This document shows positions 56,720 to 64,000 of a stretch of DNA of 64,000 nucleotides, one piece after another. A model generated the notes under the pieces. It had not been told where the DNA came from. It made no database searches and was given only the letters and a program-made list of their open reading frames with translations. This DNA is from Cenarchaeum sp. (lineage in GTDB: Archaea > Thermoproteota > Nitrososphaeria > Nitrososphaerales > Nitrosopumilaceae). The translations under genes and the position numbers were made by a program. The stretch covers positions 1,056,001 through 1,120,000 of the forward strand of contig OZ242221.1 of the NCBI GenBank assembly GCA_965206845.1, read 5' to 3'. Position 1 is the stretch's first letter; every line of letters begins with the position of its first letter.

Positions 56720-58117
56720 GTGCCAGCGCGGGACGGCCCGTGGCGATGCAGGATGAGGAGCGCCGGCCGGGCGCCGTCCCGCGCTGCTCCCGGCGGGAGG
56801 AGCCCGGGGAAGGTGGCCGAGCACTACCGGAGAGGGATGGACCTGTACGAGCGGGGCAGGTACGCTGAGGCGCAGAAGCGCTTCAGAGACTCGCTCAGGG
56901 CGGATCCCAAGTACGTCGACGCCCACTGGGGCATGGGGCTGGCGCTGCTGCGCCTAGGCGAGGCCAGCAAGGCGGCCGGTCACTTGGATCGGGCCGCGGA
57001 GCTGGGCCCGGCCGACGACCCGCAATGGTACCTGGGCAAGGGTGCCGAGATGATTGGCGTCGGCGATGCCGGCAGGGCGCTGGAGATGGTCGAGCGTGCA
57101 ATCAGACTGGATCCATCCAACCCCCTCGCGTACTGCTGCAAGGGGGCGGCGCTATCCTACCTGGACGCAGGCGACGACACGGTGTTGTCCCACTACGACA
57201 AGGCGGTACGGATGGATCCCGGCGACGCCACCCTGCACGTATACAAGGCGGACGCCCTGAGCGCCCTTGGCCGGGTCGAAGAGGCGCTGGTCTGCTTCGA
57301 CGAGGCGATACGGCTGGATTCAGGCTACCACGACGCGTCCTACGCCAAGGGCGCCCTGTTGGCGGCCGAGGGCAGGGTCGCCGAGGCGCTCGACACGCTC
57401 AGGAGGACGATCAGCCTGGATCCGGCCGGCGCCGCGGCGCACTGCCGCGCCGGGCAGCTGCTGACCAGCGCTGGATACCCTTCCCTAGCCATGGAGTTCA
57501 TAGACGAGGCCATCAGGCTGGATCGGAACGGCTACGAGGCGCACCGCACCAAGTCCTCGACGCTGCTCGAACTGGGCATGTTCGATGATGCCATAGAATG
57601 CGCCGACAGTGCGATAAGGCTGAACCCCGGCGACCCCTATGGCTACTACAACAAGGGGACGTCGCTGATGTTCCTGGGGAGGTACGATGAGGCGGTAAGG
57701 TATCTGGACATGTCGCTGGAGCGCGACCCCCAATATCCCAGCTCGCACCACAACAGGGGCGTATCGCTGATGTTCCTAGGGGACGCCTCGGGGGCGATCG
57801 CGTGCTTCGAGAGGACCGTCGAGCTGAACCCCGAGCACGTCAACGCGCACGCCAACATGGGGCTGCTGCTGCGCGATCTCGGGAAGCTCGACGCGGCCGT
57901 CGAGTGCTTGGACAGGACAACGGAGCTGGATCCGGACAACCCGTCCATTCAGTACGACCTGGCGCTGATTCTGGTGGACTTGGGCGAGTACAGCCGGGCG
58001 GCCGCCTGTCTCAGGAAGGCCACGGAGCTAGATCCTGGCTTTGAGGCGGCCGGGCGGCTTCTGGATAGAATTGGGCGGAACGGCGCCCGGGCGCGCCGCC
58101 ATCCCCGTGGCCGGTAG
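56720..58117 (+). CDS. Tetratricopeptide repeat protein (~11 TPRs)
   Basis: Tandem 34-aa repeats ending A..LDP; start may be ATG 56753. Confidence 0.9.
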   Translation: MPARDGPWRCRMRSAGRAPSRAAPGGRSPGKVAEHYRRGMDLYERGRYAEAQKRFRDSLRADPKYVDAHWGMGLALLRLGEASKAAGHLDRAAELGPADDPQWYLGKGAEMIGVGDAGRALEMVERAIRLDPSNPLAYCCKGAALSYLDAGDDTVLSHYDKAVRMDPGDATLHVYKADALSALGRVEEALVCFDEAIRLDSGYHDASYAKGALLAAEGRVAEALDTLRRTISLDPAGAAAHCRAGQLLTSAGYPSLAMEFIDEAIRLDRNGYEAHRTKSSTLLELGMFDDAIECADSAIRLNPGDPYGYYNKGTSLMFLGRYDEAVRYLDMSLERDPQYPSSHHNRGVSLMFLGDASGAIACFERTVELNPEHVNAHANMGLLLRDLGKLDAAVECLDRTTELDPDNPSIQYDLALILVDLGEYSRAAACLRKATELDPGFEAAGRLLDRIGRNGARARRHPRGR

Positions 58118-58161
58118 CCGCCCCCACGTCCCGCCCGCCGTCCACCTCGGAACCTACATGC

Positions 58162-58235
58162 CCCAAGGGCGCCCCGGAAGATCGATACATTGCGTTTGCC
58201 ACCAATGCCCCGTGGATGGATGTAGAGGAATATTC
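58162..58235 (+). pseudogene. Short ISH3/IS4-like transposase remnant
   Basis: Reads PKGAPEDRYIAFATNAPWMDVEEYS, the segment that normally precedes the Y..RW.IE motif; cut by the IS66 end. Confidence 0.45.
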
Positions 58236-58360
58236 GTAACTGTTTTGGATTTTGAAGCGATATTGGCAGGCGGCCGCATGCGCATGGAAGGGCCACAAGT
58301 CGTGCGCAGCCTCCCCCGGCCTTGCGGCTTTTCCGATTTCCATCCGGCTGCAGCGCCCGT

Positions 58361-59797
58361 CTACCCGTCGCCGGAGGCCGCCAGCACCATGTGGTCAAAA
58401 AAGCTCCTGCCCGCAAGCCAGTCCGTGACCATGTTCGTGAACAGGATCGAGTTTGCCTCCATCCCCTTCCCGGACCGGTTTCCCCCGCCGTCGCTCCGGG
58501 CCGCCACCACCTTCCTGTTTGACCTCTCGACCGGGTTATTGTCGGGCGGGACGCCCGGCACCCGCAGGCAGACGGTCAGGAACCTCGACTCCCTCCTGTA
58601 CCGCTTCCTGTACCTTTCGATGTTGCCGTCCTTGTCCTCCTACCGGCGCCCCATCAGGGCCGCAAGCTCCGCGTCCAGGCGGTCGGCCTCGGCGAGCCGG
58701 ATGCCCTCGTCCCCGTCCCTGCTCGCCTCGTAGATCCCCTTGTGTATGGAGAGCAGCTCCTTGAGGAACGCGGCGGTCTCCCCGTCGAGTCTCCTGTACT
58801 TGAGATCCCACTTTATTAGGCGCATCTGGTGGTATATGCACATCTGGTGGTTCACTCCTATGTGCAGCCAGCCCGTGTACGAGTCCTGCACCGTGATCCC
58901 TTGGAAATCCCCAACGATTCCCTTGAGCGTCTTGCTCGAGCGCGACGTCTCGACCGACATCAGGCAGCCCGTCCTGCCCTGCACGGTTACCACGACCCCC
59001 TTCTTTTCCCCCAGGGGCCACCACAGCTCGTCGCAGTGGAGGACCTCCTCCTTCACGAGCCTCTCCCGGACGGCTTCGTAGTCGGGGCGGAGCGCCGTTG
59101 CCGTGCGCACCTTCCTGCGATGCGAGCCGGAGCGCGAGACGGGAGCCTTCAGAAAGTCCGCGCTCAGCTCGGCGATCCTCCCATGTGAGAGGCCCTTGAC
59201 GTTGAGCCAGGCTAGGAGTACCGAGTGATTTGCCGAGACGCGCGCGTTGGGGGCTACCCCCTTCGGCCTGGCCGTGTACTGCTTTTTGCACTTGCGGCAG
59301 TACCTCCGCCTGACCGTGCACAGCACCTTCTCCGTGACGACGGTCACGCGCTCGTAGCGCCGCGTGTATTCGCCTGTTACGCCGGACAGCTCCCCGCCGC
59401 AGCCGGAGCAGGCGCCAAGGTCGGCCGTCTCCCTCGCGTCGGCCTCCGACTCCTCAAACTGCCTGCTTACCGTGGCCCCCTTCCCCGGGGGCCTGCCCCT
59501 CCTTCCGGACGACTCTTTCTTCTCGCAGGCGGTAACCGCCCGTATGCCGTTTGCGCGCATGTTGAGGCGCCTGTTCAGCTCCGCGTACCTTTGCCTCTCG
59601 GCCTCCAGCCTCGCAACGGTCTCCTCGTGCTCCCGGAGGGCGCGCGCCATCTCGTCCCGCTGCGCAAGGAGCGTCTTGACCATACCAGCCAAAGTATCTG
59701 CAAGATCGAGCGCCCTGACGGCGTATCCCGTCAGCGGCGCGCAATCAGGCCCGTCGCACTGCCGGGTAACGGGTTTGGGCTGCTCGCAGGCGGACAT
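58361..59797 (-). pseudogene. IS66 transposase with one in-frame TAG (58640-58642)
   Basis: Coiled coil, GRPPG, CSGCG...CRKC, LHCDE, VQDSY, HQMC.YH, then PPDNNPVERSNR in the same frame after the stop. Confidence 0.85.
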
Positions 59798-59923
59798 CTC
59801 GATCTATCAGCCCGGGGCGGGGCGATCTATTTCTTCCGACTTGTGGCGGAACGGGGCTTGAGGCGCCGGCATCCGAAAAACCGGCGCAGTTATGTTTATT
59901 TCAGCTGGTCGCGCGATCTATGC

Positions 59924-60178
59924 ATGGCCGGGACAAAACGGAACGCTGCGCGGGACCGGGGCGGGCCGTGCCTCGATCCCAACTGCACATGCTGCGTGCA
60001 GAACATGCAGCTGTACGAGGAGATTGCGCGCGAGGCAGATGCCAGCATTGGACGCATTGCCAGAATCTTTGACGAAATGGGGGCCGATGCTGCCACAATG
60101 GAAAAAGTGCGCCCCATCAGGTCGGCCGCGGATGCTGAGAAAGAAAAGTACAGGAAGATGACGTGGCGCTCGATATAG
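59924..60178 (+). CDS. Small Cys-motif helical protein inside IS66, divergent from the transposase
   Basis: MAGTKR...CLDPNCTCC...helical C-terminus; stop just before the TIR; TTTATT box upstream. Confidence 0.5.
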   Translation: MAGTKRNAARDRGGPCLDPNCTCCVQNMQLYEEIAREADASIGRIARIFDEMGADAATMEKVRPIRSAADAEKEKYRKMTWRSI

Positions 60179-60370
60179 AAAACGGCGCCGAGACCAACAT
60201 CGCTTCAAAACCCAAAACAGTTACCAAAATAGAGCGATTTTCGGCATAATCGTGCAAAATTTGCTTATTTGGAAACATACCCCTGTAGGAGTTGGACGAA
60301 AAAGACTTGATTTTTAATTGCGGATCATGTCTCTGATAGTCTCTTATGTGGGCAGATCCTACGTTTAGGA

Positions 60371-61096
60371 TTGGGCGAGATCAAGGTTTTGGAGGCGACG
60401 GGCCGGGGGACGTGCAGCCTGTGTGGCAGCAGCTGCCCGCACGGTGAAATGTCCGGGCACATTCGGAGGCATTTGGGCGGTGGCGGATCGGAGCCGTCCC
60501 GGACCGCGGAAGGCCGCTTCGTCATCAAGGTCGCCGGCGAAGACGACGGCCTGTTCTGGATGTATCTGGAGATTGCCGGGAATCGAAAACTCTCCGATCT
60601 GGACGAGTTTCTGAGGAAGGAGTGGCTGGAGTGCTGTGGGCACGAGAGCTCGTTTTACATAGGCGAGGCCGAGTACTGCTCGAACAGATATGCCGGGGGC
60701 GCCTTATCCATGGGCCGCAGGCTGGACAAGGTCCTCTGCGAGAAGGCAGAGTTTCGGTACGAGTACGACTTTGGAAGCACCACCGCCCTGCGCCTGACCA
60801 TCGTTGCGGCGGGGGCGCCCGCCCTCTCCGGAAAGCGGAGAAAGGTGGCGGTGCTTGCAAGACACGACGACGTCACGTTCCTCTGCAGCGTGTGCGGTTC
60901 CAAGGCGGTTCATGTCTGCGGCAGCTGCGGCCTTTGGGACGGTGGGGCGCACTGCTACAAATGCGCCCCCAAGCATGATTGCGGCATGGAGTCGATGCTG
61001 GTGGCGGCGCAGTCCCCGCGGGCGGGCGTGTGCGCCTACGCCGGAAAGAAACCCGACGGCAGGACCGGGTACTGGGTGTACACCGGCGGCGACTGA
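60371..61096 (+). CDS. pRiA4b ORF-3-like protein with zinc fingers
   Basis: C2H2-like N-terminus, LSDLDEFLR..WLECCGH.S.F, YEYDFGSTT, Cys-rich C-terminus with SPR.GVC.Y. Confidence 0.75.
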   Translation: MGEIKVLEATGRGTCSLCGSSCPHGEMSGHIRRHLGGGGSEPSRTAEGRFVIKVAGEDDGLFWMYLEIAGNRKLSDLDEFLRKEWLECCGHESSFYIGEAEYCSNRYAGGALSMGRRLDKVLCEKAEFRYEYDFGSTTALRLTIVAAGAPALSGKRRKVAVLARHDDVTFLCSVCGSKAVHVCGSCGLWDGGAHCYKCAPKHDCGMESMLVAAQSPRAGVCAYAGKKPDGRTGYWVYTGGD

Positions 61097-61374
61097 CGAC
61101 GGGTCCGGCATTGCCAGCGGGGATCGAACAGACCGCCCGACGGTCCAAGCGGCCGGCCTTCCGGGAGGTGCGTGGGACCCTGAGAGCGGCATGCCACTGG
61201 TGCTGGCCATGATAGAGATGATCCGCAATAGGCAGTCCATGCGTGGTTGATCCCACAAACCGCTCTAATCCGCGCCCGGTTCTAACTGTGGATCTAACAA
61301 TCCGCTCATTTTGTAAAATTATGACAAGAGCATGGCATGTGCTCTGGCAGCCTCTTTCGCTTTCTCGTCAAGTA

Positions 61375-61602
61375 CAGTAATCCCAGATGTGCCAGATCTA
61401 ACACCTGTGAGAGTTTAGGTCACCCCCATCATGCCCATGAAGAGCTCAATTTGGCATGGGTCAAACCCCCGTATTCTGCCGCACGCGTCATCATTTGTGC
61501 CTAAATCTACATGAAATGGCCAAAAATATCTGAGTGGGACCAACCCTCCACTCAGTCAAATGGTGGCGACTTAACCTCTTACTGGCACATCTGGGATTAC
61601 TG
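61375..61602. mobile_element. 228-bp MITE, copy 2
   Basis: Same TIRs and length as copy 1, scattered internal substitutions; flanks AAGTA and CAGCT are not duplicated. Confidence 0.92.
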
Positions 61603-61746
61603 CAGCTACAGCTACATACCAAAGCCGATACTACAGGCACTGGGCAGCCCGGACGGCCTCAAGTTTACCATCCGCGACGGATACGTCGAGGTTAGCAGAC
61701 CCGACTAGCCACTCATGCCGCTGGCGCCCGAGTTTGGGAGAGAACC
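61603..61746 (+). mobile_element. Terminal remnant of a second IS6-like copy (3' half of the AbrB-like ORF + TIR)
   Basis: SYSYIPKPILQALGSPDGLKFTIRDGYVEVSRPD*, then GCGCCCGAGTTTGGGAGAGAACC (61724-61746), 1 mismatch to the TIR at 56623-56645. Confidence 0.8.
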
Positions 61747-61797
61747 ATCCGCAAAAACCACTTAAATGCTGTAGCACGAAACCCATCCTGACCGCAC

Positions 61798-63780
61798 ATG
61801 AGATCCTACTATTCAAATGACTTGGAAGGGTTTCTGCACGACGATGCGGACAGCGTGTTTGGCGCGCTGGCCGCCGCGTCCGAGTACAGCCCGACCCGGG
61901 AGCAGAAGGATGCCTGGGTGGGCGAGATTCAGGTCCTCAGGGAAGCGATGCGCGGGTTTGCATCCGGGCACATCTTTTTGGAGTTTACGATACCCCGGAT
62001 GGGAAAGAGGGCGGATGCCATCCTGATCTTCTCCGGCGTGGTGTTCGTGATAGAGTTCAAGGTGGGGGAGACACAGTACCAGAAAGCCGACATAGATCAG
62101 TGCGTCGACTATGCGCTGGATCTGAAGAACTTTCACGTGGGGAGCTATGATGTGCCGATCGTGCCGATCCTAGTCGCCACCGACGCGCCCGACAACAGAA
62201 ACGAGTACAAGAAAGACGAGGACGGTGTCTTCCACCCGGTGGCGGTGAACGGGGGAGGACTTGGCGGGGCGGTTTTGGAGATTGCCAGCACGTGCAGCGC
62301 CGACGGGATTGACACAGGCAAGTGGGCGGGATCGGGCTACCGGCCCACACCCACCATAATAGAGGCGGCCCAGGCACTTTACGCAAGGCACGACGTCTCG
62401 GAGATAACCCGCTCTGAGGCGGGAGCCGAGAACCTCACCCGGACGGCAGACACCCTTGATGAGATAATAGACGAGTCCAAGAGACTCAAGAGAAAGTCGA
62501 TCTGCTTCGTGACCGGAGTGCCAGGAGCGGGCAAGACGCTGGCGGGGCTCAACCTTGCAAGCAGGAGGCAGGATCTCGCAAGGGAGGAACACGCGGTATT
62601 TCTGTCCGGCAACGGCCCGCTGATCCACGTTCTGCAGGAGGCTCTCGCGCGCGACGATGTAAAAAATTCCAAGCAGAACCCGGACAAGCCGAAGATCACC
62701 AAGGCAGGGGCCCTACGAAGGGCCAAGGTATTCATACAAAGCGTCAGCGGCTTTCTTGCCGAGTCGATGGAAGATGAGTCGGTACAGCACGAGCGGATTG
62801 TCATATTCGACGAGGCGCAGCGTGCCTGGGACAGTGACGCAATCGACAGGTTCGCAAAGAAGAAGAACAGGGAACCGCCCTGCATGTCGCAATCGGCGTT
62901 TCTGATCAGCGTGATGGACAGGCGCAGCGACTGGGCCGTGATAGTGTGCCTGGTGGGCGGGGGACAGGAGATCAACCACAACGAGGCCGGCCTGCCAGAA
63001 TGGTTCTCGGCCATACGGGACCGTTATCCCGGGTGGAGCGTGTACCTGTCAGATGAGATAACAGACGAGGAGTACGTGCAGGGGAGTAGCGTAGAGGGCA
63101 TGCTTGAGGGCATCAGCCCGAACTACCGCCTGGGACTGCACCTTGCCACTTCGATCAGATCCTTCCGAAGCAAGCACGTCTCTGGTTTCGTCAAGGCGCT
63201 CTTGGATCTTGACTCAAAAGAGGCTGGAAGGATACTGCGCGGGATGGACAAGTACCCGATCGTACTTACGCGGAACTTTGGGCTTGCAAAGAGGTGGCTG
63301 CGAGAGATGGCCCGCGGCAGCGAGAGGCTCGGCATAGTGGCGGCTGCAAAGTCATACCGCCTCAAGCCACATGGGATATACGTGGAGCTTGCGGTGGATG
63401 CCGCACACTGGTTCCTCAATCCCCCGGACGATCCGCGCTCCTCGTACAGCCTGGAGTACGCCGCCACGGAGTTCAAGATACAGGGTCTGGAGATTGACTG
63501 GGCGTGCGTCGCGTGGGATGCAGACTTGAGGTACGTCGGAACCGGATGGCAGCACCGGGAGTTCCGCGGCGACCGGTGGACCAGAATAGCAAAGGTGCAC
63601 AAGCAGAGATATCTGAAGAACGCGTACCGCGTCCTCCTGACCCGAGCAAGGCAAGGCATGGTCATCTTCGTGCCCGAGGGGGATCCCGAGGACGGCACCC
63701 GGAACCGCGAGTTCTACGACGGGACGTACCGCTACCTACTAGAAGCGGGCATAAGGGAGATCCGGGATCGTTCTGCCTGA
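61798..63780 (+). CDS. PD-(D/E)XK nuclease-like domain fused to a DUF2075 (Schlafen group 3-like) helicase/ATPase
   Basis: EF.IPRMGKRAD...VIEFK, QCVDYALDLKNFH; Walker A GVPGAGKT, IFDEAQRAW, TEF.IQGLEID, NAYRVLLTRARQGM. Confidence 0.85.
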   Translation: MRSYYSNDLEGFLHDDADSVFGALAAASEYSPTREQKDAWVGEIQVLREAMRGFASGHIFLEFTIPRMGKRADAILIFSGVVFVIEFKVGETQYQKADIDQCVDYALDLKNFHVGSYDVPIVPILVATDAPDNRNEYKKDEDGVFHPVAVNGGGLGGAVLEIASTCSADGIDTGKWAGSGYRPTPTIIEAAQALYARHDVSEITRSEAGAENLTRTADTLDEIIDESKRLKRKSICFVTGVPGAGKTLAGLNLASRRQDLAREEHAVFLSGNGPLIHVLQEALARDDVKNSKQNPDKPKITKAGALRRAKVFIQSVSGFLAESMEDESVQHERIVIFDEAQRAWDSDAIDRFAKKKNREPPCMSQSAFLISVMDRRSDWAVIVCLVGGGQEINHNEAGLPEWFSAIRDRYPGWSVYLSDEITDEEYVQGSSVEGMLEGISPNYRLGLHLATSIRSFRSKHVSGFVKALLDLDSKEAGRILRGMDKYPIVLTRNFGLAKRWLREMARGSERLGIVAAAKSYRLKPHGIYVELAVDAAHWFLNPPDDPRSSYSLEYAATEFKIQGLEIDWACVAWDADLRYVGTGWQHREFRGDRWTRIAKVHKQRYLKNAYRVLLTRARQGMVIFVPEGDPEDGTRNREFYDGTYRYLLEAGIREIRDRSA

Positions 63781-63833
63781 TCAGGCGCGGTTGCCATTTT
63801 GCGCCTCTGGTAATCTGCGCCTGGGGGTGGGGC

Positions 63834-64000
63834 TTAGAGCTCCAGGAACCTCTCGATCAGCCTTCTGCCGTCCTGGGTCGCCTCGGGGTGGAATTGCGTC
63901 CCAAAGATCCTCGAGTCCCGGAGCCAGATCATCTCGTACCTGCAGATGGGCGAGCTGGCAACGCACACGACGGGATCCGGCATCCTGGCGATCTCAAAGC
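63834..64000 (-). CDS. Class I glutamine amidotransferase, C-terminal part (5' end outside window)
   Basis: ...FEIARMP...VASS...EMI...IFGTQFHPE...G..LIERFLEL*. Confidence 0.8.
   Translation of the reverse strand, partial: FEIARMPDPVVCVASSPICRYEMIWLRDSRIFGTQFHPEATQDGRRLIERFLEL

Larger units (their letters stand above)
58236..60224 (-). mobile_element. IS66-family element (single-transposase, ISBst12-like organisation)
   Basis: 31-bp TIRs GTAACTGTTTTGG(A/G)TTTTGAAGCGAT(A/G)TTGG (58236-58266 and 60194-60224); no target duplication seen. Confidence 0.85.

Noticed and set aside
56181-58642. In-frame TAG codons in two transposases as amber recoding (pyrrolysine or readthrough)
   Set aside because: Many core genes here end in TAG, no pyl genes are visible, and the IS6 gene also has frameshifts and a MITE insertion; ordinary decay is the simpler explanation.
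55405-61708. Duplicated ORFs MKWPKISEWDQP... (55405 and 61511) as a gene family
   Set aside because: They originate inside the MITE and run out through its TIR into unrelated flanks.
52857-64000. tRNA-Gly as the integration site of the downstream island
   Set aside because: No duplicated tRNA 3' end (att) and no integrase were seen, and a core-looking gene lies between the tRNA and the island.

Overview
This is a GC-rich archaeal window whose gene content points to Nitrososphaerota (Thaumarchaeota/Nitrosopumilaceae); a sponge-symbiont-like lineage is an inference from the GC level and IS load. About 54 kb is core genome: aspartate kinase, the anaerobic cobalamin cluster (cobO, cbiA/C/X/G/D), cbtBA, metK, Sm/Lsm, guaA/B, pheA, csl4, dph2, tiaS, mptE/folP, HMG-CoA reductase, thrC followed by a Ubl-E1 fusion, an S8 protease, aIF2-gamma, rps6e and an ESCRT-III paralog. 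It also holds five tRNAs (Val, iMet with two insertions, Leu, Ala, Gly). This backbone is interrupted by an intact IS481, a truncated IS5, and a catalytically intact ~562-aa TnpB. The last ~10 kb is a nested mobile-element island with IS6 carrying an AbrB-like passenger, two copies of a 228-bp MITE, IS66, a TPR gene, a pRiA4b-like gene and a nuclease-DUF2075 gene. The strongest novelty candidate is the TnpB. It has no TnpA or serine recombinase nearby, but is bracketed by 26-bp imperfect terminal inverted repeats (19256-19281 and 21393-21418), an architecture not expected for IS200/IS605 or IS607. Also notable are a compact three-way-junction candidate ncRNA at 40633-40726 and unique long hairpins in many intergenic spacers. 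All calls were made by eye from the sequence; no searches were run.
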